This document shows, piece after piece, positions 37,157 to 46,846 of a stretch of DNA of 64,000 nt. The DNA lies in assembly GCA_040219255.1 (NCBI GenBank), contig JAVJSW010000077.1:32001-96000 (forward strand), written 5' to 3'. The stretch comes from Sumerlaeia bacterium. GTDB lineage: Bacteria > Sumerlaeota > Sumerlaeia > SLMS01 > JAHLLQ01. The position numbers and the translations under genes are program-made. Numbering within the stretch: position 1 is the stretch's first letter; every line of letters begins with the position of its first letter. The notes under the pieces are model-generated. The model did not search any database. It worked only from the letters and a program-made list of their open reading frames with translations, and was not told where the DNA came from.

Positions 37157-38335
37157 ATGCCCCGCCTTCGCCGCATCGCCCTCGATCTGGGTTCCATGCA
37201 CTTTCTCGAAAGCACCCGTGCTAACGCCTATCGCGGCGTGTTGCGCTATGCCCAGACGCGCGGCCGGTGGCAATTGCTGCTGAACGACCACCACTTTTCG
37301 CTGCTGGGTAAGTACCGGGAACTGAGCGATCTGGCCCGCCTCGGCGCGGAGGGAATCATCCTCTCCTACGCCAACGCGGAGAAACTCGCCACCATTCGCC
37401 GCCTCGGGCTGAAGGCCATCACCGTCGCCAGCGACCTGACCGCCGAAGGCATCCCGTCCGTCTTCTCCGACGACGCGCAGGCGGGGCGCCTGGCGGCAGG
37501 GCATTTTCTCGAGCGCGGCTTTCGCTCCTTCGGCTTCATCGGTTCAAAGGAGGTTCCCTGGGACCTGACGCGGTGGCGCGGATTCGCGTCGGCGTTGGAG
37601 GCGCAAGGCCAGGAGCCCGCCCACTTCGAATCGCGCCACTCCGCGGACCCGGCTCTCGGCCGGCGCAAAGCCGCCCGCCTGGCGAAGTGGCTGCGCTCCG
37701 CCGCCAAGCCCTTCGCCGTCTATTGCTCCGACGACACCCACGCGTTCCAGGTCCTGGATTGCGCCCGCCGCGCCGGGCTCGCCGTGCCACAAGAAGTCGC
37801 CATCCTCGGCACCGACAACAACCTGCTCATTTGCGGATCCACCACGCCGACCCTTTCGAGCGTCGAACCGGACGCGGTCCAGGTGGGCTATCGGGCCGCG
37901 CAGTTGCTCGATGAAATCCTCGCCGGCGCCGACCCGCCAGCGGCCCCCATCCTGGTGCCGCCGAGGGGTATCGAAACGCGCCAGTCCACCGACGTGCTGG
38001 CCATCGCCGACCCGGTCGTCAGCCGCGCCCTGCACTTCATCGGCGAGCACCTCGCCGAGGCCCACGGAGCCACGGAAATCGGGTTGGCGCTCGGCGTTTC
38101 GCGCCGCACGGTGGAGTCACGGTTTCGCGAGCACCTGGGCCGGAGCGTCAACGAAACGGTCCGCGCCCGGCGACTCGACCGAGCGCGGGGACTGCTCCTC
38201 GATCCGTTGCTGAGTATCCAAGAAATCGCGGCGCTCTGTGGATTCCAGAGCGCCGCGTATTTCTGTACTTCGTTTCGCCGGGCGACTGGGCTCTCGCCCA
38301 CGGAATGGCGGGCCCGGGAGCGCCCAGGCGATTAG
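37157..38335 (+). CDS. XylR-type transcriptional regulator (periplasmic-binding fold + AraC HTH)
   Basis: D..AGRLAA.HFLERG, VPQEVAILGTDN, PTLSSV, TRQSTD, EIA..CGF....YF...FRR.TG.SP. Confidence 0.92.
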   Translation: MPRLRRIALDLGSMHFLESTRANAYRGVLRYAQTRGRWQLLLNDHHFSLLGKYRELSDLARLGAEGIILSYANAEKLATIRRLGLKAITVASDLTAEGIPSVFSDDAQAGRLAAGHFLERGFRSFGFIGSKEVPWDLTRWRGFASALEAQGQEPAHFESRHSADPALGRRKAARLAKWLRSAAKPFAVYCSDDTHAFQVLDCARRAGLAVPQEVAILGTDNNLLICGSTTPTLSSVEPDAVQVGYRAAQLLDEILAGADPPAAPILVPPRGIETRQSTDVLAIADPVVSRALHFIGEHLAEAHGATEIGLALGVSRRTVESRFREHLGRSVNETVRARRLDRARGLLLDPLLSIQEIAALCGFQSAAYFCTSFRRATGLSPTEWRARERPGD

Positions 38336-40458
38336 TGCTCTTCCGCCGCGTGGTCGATGCGGACTTCCGCGATGACCTTGTCGACGATGTTGCCTGGGAC
38401 CGGCTCATAGTGATCGAAGCGCGATTCGAAAATCGCCCGGCCCTGGGTCATGCTGCGCAGGTCGCGGCTGAAGTGACCCATCTCGGCGGCGGGGACTTCG
38501 GCTTCGACGCGGCATTTGCGGCCCAATTGCTCGCTGCCCAGAATCCGGCCCCGCTTGCCCGACACATAACCCATCACGTCACCGAGATAGGAGGCGGGAA
38601 CTTCGATCGTGATGTGGTCGAAGGGTTCGAGCAGTTGCGGACCGCACTTGGGCGCGATCTCCTTGAAGGCCATGGACCCCGCCACCTGAAAGGCCATGTC
38701 GCTGCTGTCCACCGGATGGAACGACCCGTCGAAGCAGTCGGCCGCCACATCGATCACGGGATAACCCGCCAGGATGCCGCGCTTCATGGATTCGACGACG
38801 CCCTTTTCCACGCTGCTCTTGTAGTTCGTCGGGATGGCGCCGCCGCTGATGGACCAGATGAATTCGAAGCCCTCGCCGCGGGGCTGAGGCGTGAGCCGCA
38901 TTGAGCAGTCGGCGAACATACCGCGGCCGCCGGTCTGCTTCTTGAAGCGTGCCTTGCCCTCGCCCGGTTTGCTGATGGTTTCGCGATACTGCACCCGGGC
39001 GGGCGCCAGATTCACCGCGATCTTCGCCTGCTCCAGCCGATGCTGCACCACCTCCAGATGGGTGTCGCCCATGCCGCTGAGCACCGTCTGACCCAACATC
39101 GAATCGCGCTCCACGTGAAGCGTCGGATCCTGCTCGATCAGCTTGTGAATCGCCATGCCGGCCTTGTCCACTTCGCCGCGATTGACGACTTCCACGGCCA
39201 TACGCACCGCCCTCGGCGGCATATGGGTCGGTTCGTAGATAACTTTGTCCATCTTCGGATCGACGATCGTATCGCCGGTGTGAACGCCTTCGAGTTTGGC
39301 GAAGGCACCGATGTCGCCGGTGGAGAACCCGTCCATCGGGATCTGCTGCTTACCCCGGAAAATGTAGGCGTGACCCGTGCGCACCGTGGCGCCGTCGCTG
39401 CCGTCTTGGCCGTGGATCACGTGTGCCTGCGTGTCGCCGTGGGTTTCGCCAGTGACGACCTTGAAGAAGGACAAGCGCCCCACGAATTCGTCGTTCACGG
39501 TCTTGAAGACAAAAGCGCTGAAGGGGGCGCCGGGATCGAGCTTCTTATACTCGACATCGCTTTGCACCGAGCCGTTCTGGTAACCCAGGAATCCGACGCG
39601 CTCATTGGGCGGTGGGCATTCCTCGATCAGGAAATTGAGGAGGGCCGTCAGGCCGATTTCCTTGGCCGAGGAACCGCAGAGCACCGGGCAGAAACGTCCC
39701 GCCTCCATGTCCTCGCGCAGGCCCAGGATCACTTCCTCGTTCGTCAGGCCGTCGGTTTCCAGGAACTTCTCGGTCAACGCGTCGTCGCCCTCGGCGGCCG
39801 CTTCCACCAGGCGCTTGCGAGCCGCCTTCGCTTCCTCCGCCATGTCGTCGGGAATGGGACCTTCAGTGCGGTTGCCGCCCTCGTCGTAGATGGCCTTCAT
39901 CTCCAGCAGGTCGATGACGCCCTTGAACTCGCCCTCCGCGCCGATGGGCAGCGTGACGGGAATCGTGTGGACGTCGTCGAAGGCTTCCTCGATGCTGGCG
40001 AGCGCTTCCTTGAAATTGGCCCGATCCTTGTCCATTTTGTTGATAAAGAAAGCCTTCGGGATCTTATACTCGTCGGCGAAGGCGTCGGCGAATTCGGTGC
40101 CGACCTCGACACCGGTGCTGGCGTCGACGACGAGGAGCGCCATCTCGGAGACGCGGATGGCGTTCTTGATCTCGCCCACGAAGTCGCGAAAACCGGGGCA
40201 ATCGAACAGGTTGATTTTAATGTCGGAGTTATCCGAGCGCCGCTTGACCTCGAGAGGCAGGAGGGAGGCGTTGATGGAGGTCTGGCGCTTGAGTTCTTCG
40301 GTTTCGTAATCGGAGACGGTATTGCCGGCTTCGACAGTCCCCGGCTTGGGGATGGCGCCGGTCAGGTGGAGCAGGGCTTCCGAAAGGGTCGTCTTGCCCG
40401 CTCCGGAATGCCCAGCGAGGGCGCAGTTTCGGATGTGTGATGTGGGGTAGACTTTCAC
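38332..40458 (-). CDS. fusA: Elongation factor G paralog (EF-G2)
   Basis: GHSGAGKTT, RQTSI instead of RGITI, DCPG..DF, NKMD, KKQTGGRG, FHPVDSS. Confidence 0.93.
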   Translation of the reverse strand: MKVYPTSHIRNCALAGHSGAGKTTLSEALLHLTGAIPKPGTVEAGNTVSDYETEELKRQTSINASLLPLEVKRRSDNSDIKINLFDCPGFRDFVGEIKNAIRVSEMALLVVDASTGVEVGTEFADAFADEYKIPKAFFINKMDKDRANFKEALASIEEAFDDVHTIPVTLPIGAEGEFKGVIDLLEMKAIYDEGGNRTEGPIPDDMAEEAKAARKRLVEAAAEGDDALTEKFLETDGLTNEEVILGLREDMEAGRFCPVLCGSSAKEIGLTALLNFLIEECPPPNERVGFLGYQNGSVQSDVEYKKLDPGAPFSAFVFKTVNDEFVGRLSFFKVVTGETHGDTQAHVIHGQDGSDGATVRTGHAYIFRGKQQIPMDGFSTGDIGAFAKLEGVHTGDTIVDPKMDKVIYEPTHMPPRAVRMAVEVVNRGEVDKAGMAIHKLIEQDPTLHVERDSMLGQTVLSGMGDTHLEVVQHRLEQAKIAVNLAPARVQYRETISKPGEGKARFKKQTGGRGMFADCSMRLTPQPRGEGFEFIWSISGGAIPTNYKSSVEKGVVESMKRGILAGYPVIDVAADCFDGSFHPVDSSDMAFQVAGSMAFKEIAPKCGPQLLEPFDHITIEVPASYLGDVMGYVSGKRGRILGSEQLGRKCRVEAEVPAAEMGHFSRDLRSMTQGRAIFESRFDHYEPVPGNIVDKVIAEVRIDHAAEEH

Positions 40459-40665
40459 GGTCTAGACCCTCCTTCTTGCACGGCAGCGGGAAAATGGAGC
40501 AGCGAACTGGCAGGCGGGATAAAGCGCTTGCTTCGCAACGTCCTAACCTTCCTCTCACACCCGCCCGGGGCAAGAAGAAACGGGGTCCGTCATAAACCCC
40601 GCTTGCCCTCGGTCCCCACCTCCCTCACGCTCCAACATGGACAAGTAAGCTCCGAGGACTCTCCG

Positions 40666-41154
40666 ATGACCACGCTCACCGTTCGCCGCGCGATCCAAGC
40701 GCCCGCCGCCGTCACCTTCGCGATTTTCAACGACCTGCAAGTCTTCGAGAAACGCAATCCAACGGTCCTCAAAGTCGAAATTCTCTCCGAGGCAACGTCC
40801 GGCGTCGGCAAGCGCTGGCGGGAAACCCGCCTGATGCACGGACGGCAAGCCACCGAAACGATGGAAATCACCGCCTTCGATCCGCCGCGGTCCTACACCG
40901 TGGAAGCGGAAAGCTGCGGGGCCCGCTATGTCACCGTGCTTTCCTTCCGCGAAGACGATGACGGGACGGAGGTGGAATTCCGGATGTCGGCCCAGCCGCT
41001 CACCCTGATGGCGAAAGCGATGAGCGCGATCCTGGCGCCGATCATGACGGAATCCGTCCGGAAAGCTATCGAGGAGGACCTGAGAATCCTGGGCGAAGCC
41101 GCGGAAGAAGCGGCCGCGGGGGGCGGCGAAGAAACGGGGATGGATCGCCCATGA
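40666..41154 (+). CDS. SRPBCC/polyketide cyclase family protein
   Basis: GVGKRWRETR.M.G...E.MEITAFDPP..Y. Confidence 0.85.
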   Translation: MTTLTVRRAIQAPAAVTFAIFNDLQVFEKRNPTVLKVEILSEATSGVGKRWRETRLMHGRQATETMEITAFDPPRSYTVEAESCGARYVTVLSFREDDDGTEVEFRMSAQPLTLMAKAMSAILAPIMTESVRKAIEEDLRILGEAAEEAAAGGGEETGMDRP

Positions 41155-41161
41155 GGCCGGG

Positions 41162-41323
41162 TCAGGAGTGGCGCGGCGCCAGCTTCTTCGAGAGCCAGAG
41201 CTTGAGCCGGCGGCAGCCTTCGATCACCGTGTCGGCCAGCATCAAAATCACATAGGGCAGCAGGAAAAACAGGCCGACGATGACGAGAAATACCAAGAGA
41301 ACTTCGATCGGGGCGGGGTTCAT
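41162..41323 (-). CDS. 53-aa small membrane protein (not in ORF track)
   Basis: MNPAPIEVLLVFLVIVGLFFLLPYVILMLADTVIEGCRRLKLWLSKKLAPRHS; GGAAAGGA RBS upstream. Confidence 0.6.
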   Translation of the reverse strand: MNPAPIEVLLVFLVIVGLFFLLPYVILMLADTVIEGCRRLKLWLSKKLAPRHS

Positions 41324-41365
41324 GAGAAGGTCCTTTCCAGGGGCATAAGGAATTCAGGGGGAGGC

Positions 41366-41815
41366 TTAGATCATGCGGCGGCGGACCTCGCCGACGTGGC
41401 GGAAGACCAGGAACTCGAAGTCTTCGAAGCGCTCGAGGAAGTAATCGACGACAAGGCAGCGGCGGCCTTGCCGGTCGTAGAACTCAAGGGCCTGGAACCC
41501 CGGGCGGTCGGTGACGTAAGCGATCTGCTCCCAGCGCAGGAAGTCCTCCTCCTCACCGTCCGGGTCGAGAACATGGATACCGTCGTCGTCCACTTCGATG
41601 AACTCCTCGGCGGAAGCGGCCACCGGGATGGCGCGCCACGCCACGGCCAGAAGGAAGGCTCCACCAAGGAGCCAGCCTGCTGTCCGGGCCGGGTTCATAG
41701 GGGGCTCGAAGGCGAAGATGACGCATGACGTGCCAGCGACGAGGACGAGGAAGACGAAGAGCCCGAAAATTCCGCTGAAGTATTTTCCGTGGTGAAAGCA
41801 ACGCATGGGATTCAA
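41366..41815 (-). CDS. Hypothetical 2-TM protein with PH-like soluble domain
   Basis: Two TM helices then IEVDDDGI...LRWEQI. Confidence 0.65.
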   Translation of the reverse strand: MNPMRCFHHGKYFSGIFGLFVFLVLVAGTSCVIFAFEPPMNPARTAGWLLGGAFLLAVAWRAIPVAASAEEFIEVDDDGIHVLDPDGEEEDFLRWEQIAYVTDRPGFQALEFYDRQGRRCLVVDYFLERFEDFEFLVFRHVGEVRRRMI

Positions 41816-42034
41816 TCCTCGCTCCTGGGGGGGTTTTGCCGCTCCGGCAGCTATGGGGGCTGGTTGGGCGATCCTGACACAGAAGAGGATGGGACAATCT
41901 TTTTGACTTAACTACATGTTTGAAGATTTTTTTCGCCGCCGCCGCTCCCACATTCCCGCCCGGCGCCAGCCCCGGCGGGCACGATCTTTGTCCCTGCTTG
42001 CGGCCAGCCTCACCGCCCTCATTGGATTTCGTGC

Positions 42035-43117
42035 ATGTCCCTCTCTTTCCTCCCCTGCTCCGGCCTTGCCACCGCCGTGCCCCCAAACCGGCTGACGGCC
42101 GGGCAGACCGCCGATCACCTGGCCGCTCTCTGCGCCCGCGATGTCCGCGAAGCGGCCCGCGTCCATGCCGCGGTGCGCCTCAGCGAAGTGGACGAACGCT
42201 GCTCCGTCCTCGCCGGAGACCATGGCGAAATGGATTTCTACAGCCGCGACGCGACGCCCTCGACCGCCGCACGCATGCGGCGCTACGAGGCGGAGGCGGG
42301 GCCGCTGGCGGCGCGGGCGTGCCGGCTGGCGCTGGAGCGAGCCGCCCTGCCGGCCGAGGCCGTCACCCATCTTGTCACGGCCTCCTGCACGGGCTTCTCG
42401 GCTCCAGGATTCGATCTGGAGTTGCTGCGCAAACTCGGTCTCTCCCCCGCCGTGGCACGGACGCATTTGGGGTTCATGGGTTGTCATGGCGCGTTCAACG
42501 CGCTGAAGGTCGCACGAGCCTTCGTGCAGGCCGATTCCTCGGCGCGCGTTCTGGTCGTCTGCGCCGAACTGTGCTCCCTGCATTTGCAGCGCAGCCTCCA
42601 CCGTGACGCCCTCGTGCCGAACACGCTCTTCGCCGACGGCGCGGCCGCCCTGATCGTCGGCGGCGAGCCATCGGGGCCAGACCTCTTTCTCGGACCCCTC
42701 GCCTCCCACGTCTTTCCCGACTCGGCCGGCGCCATGACCTGGACCATCACCGACACGGGATTCGCCATGACGCTGGCGCCCGAAGTGCCCGCCCTCATCG
42801 GAGCCGGCCTCCGGCCGTGGCTCGAGGGCGTCCTAGCCAGCGCCGGCATCGGGCTGCGCGACGTGGCGGGCTGGGCCATTCACCCCGGAGGCCCGAAAAT
42901 TCTCGATGCGGCCGGTAAATGCCTCGGCCTCGCCACGGACGATCTCGCCGCCAGCCGTGAGATTCTCCGCACCCACGGCAACATGTCGTCGGCTACGATT
43001 CTCTTTGTGGTGGAAGAGTGGAAGCGCCGCCACCCGGGCGCGCAAGGGGTCCTGGTGGCGCTGGCTTTCGGGCCGGGGCTGACGGCCGAGATGGCGCTCA
43101 TGCGCCTGGGGAGTTGA
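42035..43117 (+). CDS. Type III polyketide synthase
   Basis: Cys-His-Asn triad: FMGCHG, IHPGGP, GNMSS; AFGPGL. Confidence 0.95.
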   Translation: MSLSFLPCSGLATAVPPNRLTAGQTADHLAALCARDVREAARVHAAVRLSEVDERCSVLAGDHGEMDFYSRDATPSTAARMRRYEAEAGPLAARACRLALERAALPAEAVTHLVTASCTGFSAPGFDLELLRKLGLSPAVARTHLGFMGCHGAFNALKVARAFVQADSSARVLVVCAELCSLHLQRSLHRDALVPNTLFADGAAALIVGGEPSGPDLFLGPLASHVFPDSAGAMTWTITDTGFAMTLAPEVPALIGAGLRPWLEGVLASAGIGLRDVAGWAIHPGGPKILDAAGKCLGLATDDLAASREILRTHGNMSSATILFVVEEWKRRHPGAQGVLVALAFGPGLTAEMALMRLGS

Positions 43118-43125
43118 GGGCGCAC

Positions 43126-44169
43126 TCAGCCCGTGGACCCAAGCAGCTCCCGCCCCGCCTTCACCACCGCCCGGACGGAAACGCCGGTCATGCAGCGATG
43201 GTCGATGGGGCAGTCCCTCAGGATACACGGCGCGCATTCCGTGGGGACTCGGACGATACGAGCCTTGGGAGAAAGAGGGGCTGTCGTGACCCAATCGGTG
43301 CTGCCGAAAACCGCCACCAGCGGCGCGCCCAGCGCGGCGGCGATGTGCATGGCGCCGCTGTCGTTCGTCAGGTACAGGCGGCAGCGATCCAGAAACGTCA
43401 TCAAATCCCGCAGCTTCATCTCGCCCGCCGCGTTATGGAAAGCCGCGCCGCCGTGGTCGCAGACGCGCTGGGCCCACTCGCGTTCGCCAGGGAGGCCGGT
43501 CACCAGCACCCGGGCCCCCGACTCGCGCGCGAGTTGGGCGGCGCTCTCGGCGTAACGCTCGGGAAGCCAACGTTTCGCAGTGCCGAAGAAGGCCGCCGGG
43601 TTCACGCCGATGAGAGGCGTTTCCAGGCCGATCCCGCGCTCCTTCAGCCAACGGTCGAAGGCCACGCGCTCTTCCGCGGTCACTTCCAGCTTCAACGGCC
43701 CCGGGTCGCCGCCGCTGGCGCCCCAGGGCGAGAGCAGGCGCAGGTAGTACTTCACTTCATGGACGGCCAAGTCCTGCGGTCTCAGCTCAATCGCATGGGT
43801 CAGCAGCACCCCGCGCCTGTCGCGCGCGTAGCCGACGCGGACTCTCGCCCCGCCGAGCCGCAGCAGCGCGGCGCTGTTGAGCGAATTGGGCAGCGCGAAG
43901 GCCACGTCGGCTCGAAAGCGCCTCAGCCGGCCGATGGCTTCGCGATAGCCGGCGCGCGAGCGATCGTCCAGCGTCCAGACCTCGTCCACGTCCGGGTGGT
44001 GGGTGAAGAGCGAGGCCACGCTGGCCCGGCCAAGAACGGCGATCCTGGCATTGGGAAAGGTCCGCCGGGTCCGCGCCAGGAACGGCGTATTCATCACCGC
44101 GTCGCCAACCCAATTGGTCAGGCGGACAACAACTCGGCGAACGCTTTCGGGATCGGGCAAGGGCTTCAC
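43126..44169 (-). CDS. waaF: LPS heptosyltransferase II (GT9)
   Basis: NWVGDAVM, LPNS..SA, NPAA.FG.AKRW, TNDSGAMHIAAA, FGST. Confidence 0.9.
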   Translation of the reverse strand: MKPLPDPESVRRVVVRLTNWVGDAVMNTPFLARTRRTFPNARIAVLGRASVASLFTHHPDVDEVWTLDDRSRAGYREAIGRLRRFRADVAFALPNSLNSAALLRLGGARVRVGYARDRRGVLLTHAIELRPQDLAVHEVKYYLRLLSPWGASGGDPGPLKLEVTAEERVAFDRWLKERGIGLETPLIGVNPAAFFGTAKRWLPERYAESAAQLARESGARVLVTGLPGEREWAQRVCDHGGAAFHNAAGEMKLRDLMTFLDRCRLYLTNDSGAMHIAAALGAPLVAVFGSTDWVTTAPLSPKARIVRVPTECAPCILRDCPIDHRCMTGVSVRAVVKAGRELLGSTG

Positions 44170-44921
44170 GCCAGCAGAAACTCCACACAGGAAACGAGGT
44201 CGCTCCGCATCGGGCGCTCGGTGTCGTTATGCGACGAATCGTCGGCGTCGTGGCGCAGAAGCGATTCTTTGCGATCCACCAGACAGGCACGCCATCCGGC
44301 GGCGCGGGCGCCCCGCAGATCGTCGCCGGGGGAATCGCCGATCAGGGCGAGGCGTTCCGGCGCGGGATCGCCGGCCAGGCGCCGCGCGTGGGCGAAGACG
44401 CGCGGATCCGGCTTTTCCGCGCCCGCTTCCTGAGAGATGCAGACCACATCGAAAAGCCCGCGGATCTCCAGACTCTGAAGCAGGCCGTGGAGCCGTGCGT
44501 CGAAGTTGCTCATAATGCCGGTGCGGATTCCGGCGGCGCGGGCGCGCTCGACAGCCGGAGCCACGTCCTCGTAAACGCGCCAGGCATCCCTCGTGGCGAA
44601 GACATCGAAGGCCTCGCGCAGGAGCGGCTCCTGCGGCACGGGCAAGCCCGCGCGGGGAAAGAGATCGCGCATGATGCGGCGCCAGAACGCGCGCGCATCT
44701 TCCTCCGTCGTGCCATAGGGCAAGCCCGCCTCGGCGGGCCGGGCGGCGCGAAAGGCGGCCCCGAAGTTCGCGTTCAACGCCGCCGGATCGGCCTCCAGCC
44801 CATGGTTCGCCGCGACGCGGGCATAGACCTCGCCGACGCTCGGATCCGGCGCGATCACGGTGAACGCGGCGTCGAAAAAGATCGTGTGGGGAGGCACGGA
44901 GTGAGAGGGCGGTGAAGACAT
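44166..44921 (-). CDS. HAD-IA family hydrolase
   Basis: IFFDA.FTV, SNFDARL, EKPDPRVF, IGDS..DD..GA. Confidence 0.88.
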   Translation of the reverse strand: MSSPPSHSVPPHTIFFDAAFTVIAPDPSVGEVYARVAANHGLEADPAALNANFGAAFRAARPAEAGLPYGTTEEDARAFWRRIMRDLFPRAGLPVPQEPLLREAFDVFATRDAWRVYEDVAPAVERARAAGIRTGIMSNFDARLHGLLQSLEIRGLFDVVCISQEAGAEKPDPRVFAHARRLAGDPAPERLALIGDSPGDDLRGARAAGWRACLVDRKESLLRHDADDSSHNDTERPMRSDLVSCVEFLLA

Positions 44922-45019
44922 GGGCTTGCGCGTGGAATCTGGATTGGTTCTTGTTGCGAGACCGTGGCCGCCGCAACGCCGGTTGCCACCGCACCACCGG
45001 GGACGGGAAGGACGCAACG

Positions 45020-45436
45020 ATGGAAAAGCCGATCGTACGGCGCTACGAACCGAAAGAAACGGATCTGCCGTGGTTCGCGCCGATGCCTTACAACGCAAAG
45101 AACAAACCGCCCGAGCGATACCGCCAGGAAGAAATGTTCCTGATGGCGTTGCGGTTGCTTCTCCTGCTGCCAGCGGTGCTATGCGTGGTTTACGGAGTTC
45201 TGGTGATCCTCTGGGACCACGACCGGCTCATGAAATTCGCGGTAAACACGCCGCACGACGAAATCCAGTGGGGCGCGCGCATCTTCCTGATTTTCGAGCT
45301 GCCCTACTACCTCATCCTCAGCCGCACTTTCCGCGGCTGGAGGGACTGGGGCCTTTGGATTTGGGGATTCTGCCTGGCGGCCCTGATTTTCGGCTTCGCC
45401 TTCAGTATCCAGGGCACCGTGCCAATCCCGCGCTAA
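45020..45436 (+). CDS. Hypothetical 3-TM membrane protein
   Basis: GAAGGA RBS, three hydrophobic segments. Confidence 0.65.
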   Translation: MEKPIVRRYEPKETDLPWFAPMPYNAKNKPPERYRQEEMFLMALRLLLLLPAVLCVVYGVLVILWDHDRLMKFAVNTPHDEIQWGARIFLIFELPYYLILSRTFRGWRDWGLWIWGFCLAALIFGFAFSIQGTVPIPR

Positions 45437-45798
45437 ATCTGGAGCGCTCCCCAAAGCGTCAGCGCGACAAACACGACAATCAACGACACCGCCAGCAGGG
45501 CGACCGTTTTCCAACTAGGCCGGGCTTGTCGCGGCAACGTCGTCTCCAGGCCCAGAATATCCCGCGCGCGGACGAGATCCCGGGTGCGCACCAGAAGCCG
45601 CACACTGCCCCCGACGTTCCAGGCTCCGGGATAGAGGTTGCTTAAGGCGCTTTCCTCGACGCGGCTCGGGATACCGCGCTGATTCAGAAGAACGGCTAGA
45701 ATCTCGGCCTGGTGGGGGCTCGCGTAGGAATCCACCACCGCCCAGCTTTCCTCGCGAGGCGGGGCTGGCTGGTCGCTTACGGAGGAGGTGGGCGTCAT
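45433..45798 (-). CDS. DUF2007-like protein with C-terminal TM
   Basis: W.VV......AE....LL...GIP...VRLLV...D..RA..IL. Confidence 0.75.
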   Translation of the reverse strand: MTPTSSVSDQPAPPREESWAVVDSYASPHQAEILAVLLNQRGIPSRVEESALSNLYPGAWNVGGSVRLLVRTRDLVRARDILGLETTLPRQARPSWKTVALLAVSLIVVFVALTLWGALQI

Positions 45799-45879
45799 AA
45801 AGAAAGACCGGAGCGGCGGATCGCGAAACTCGATTCAGCGTGTTGCAAGAGCAAGGCCTCTGGCGAGGAAAATCGCCGC

Positions 45880-46824
45880 CTAATGGGAAGCCCGCCGGCG
45901 CGCCTGGTACAGCTCGGTCAGCCGATCGACCACGTCCTTGGACTTGGGATGATCGGGACCGTGCGCGCGCTCGTAGATTTCATAGGCCTTCTCCAGACAC
46001 TGCTGGGCTTCGTCGTGCCGGCCTTGCCGGATGCGCAGCACCCCGAGAGCGCGCAGACAACGCGCCACCGCCGGGTGCTGATCGCCGACCGATTCGATGC
46101 CGATTTTGACGGCCCGCTCGCACAGCTTTTCCGCTTTGTCCAAATCACCGCGGGCGAAATAAAGCTGACCTAGATCGCTGAGCGCTTTGCAGATATCGGG
46201 CTGCTTGCTGTTCGTCGCGTTTTTCCAGATATCGAACTCCTTGCGGAACACTTGCTCCGCCTCGTCCAGACGGTCTTGCCTCAGCAGCAACATCGCCAGA
46301 CTGTTGTACATCCGGGCCAGGTCCGGGTGTGAATCGCCCAAAACGCGCCGACCGCTCTGGATGGCGGCACGCAGATACTTCTCGCCGTCCACCAGGTTGT
46401 CCTGCGACCGGCAAACGCGAGAGAGAAAGCGCAGGCACCGCACCGTTTCCAGGTGGTGCTCACCCACCGTGGTTTTCCAGATGGACAGGGCGCGGCGCAG
46501 ATAGCCCTCCGCCATGTCGTCCTGGCCTTCGGCTGTGGAGAGCGCCGCCAACTCCGCCAGCGTTTTGGCGACCGCCGGGCTGATTGGCCCAAGGGTCGCT
46601 TCGGCTCCGGCGAGGGATTCCTGATAGTAACGATCCGCCTCGCGATAACGCCCGGACTTGGCGTATAGCTTCGCTAAGTTATCCAGAATCAGAACTCGGT
46701 GCTGCGGTTCGTCATGCGAATGATCGAACGCGGCGAGCGCATCGCGCCACAGCTTCTCGGCCCGGGGCAGGTCGCCCTGCTTGGAGCACATCAGCGCTTC
46801 GTTGTTCAGCTCGCGCCAGCCCAT
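45880..46824 (-). CDS. Tetratricopeptide repeat protein (42-aa kinesin-light-chain type)
   Basis: Repeated LG..HP..A..L..LA.L...G....AE. Confidence 0.9.
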   Translation of the reverse strand: MGWRELNNEALMCSKQGDLPRAEKLWRDALAAFDHSHDEPQHRVLILDNLAKLYAKSGRYREADRYYQESLAGAEATLGPISPAVAKTLAELAALSTAEGQDDMAEGYLRRALSIWKTTVGEHHLETVRCLRFLSRVCRSQDNLVDGEKYLRAAIQSGRRVLGDSHPDLARMYNSLAMLLLRQDRLDEAEQVFRKEFDIWKNATNSKQPDICKALSDLGQLYFARGDLDKAEKLCERAVKIGIESVGDQHPAVARCLRALGVLRIRQGRHDEAQQCLEKAYEIYERAHGPDHPKSKDVVDRLTELYQARRRASH

Positions 46825-46846
46825 GGCGATCTCCCGGGCGGGTGGG

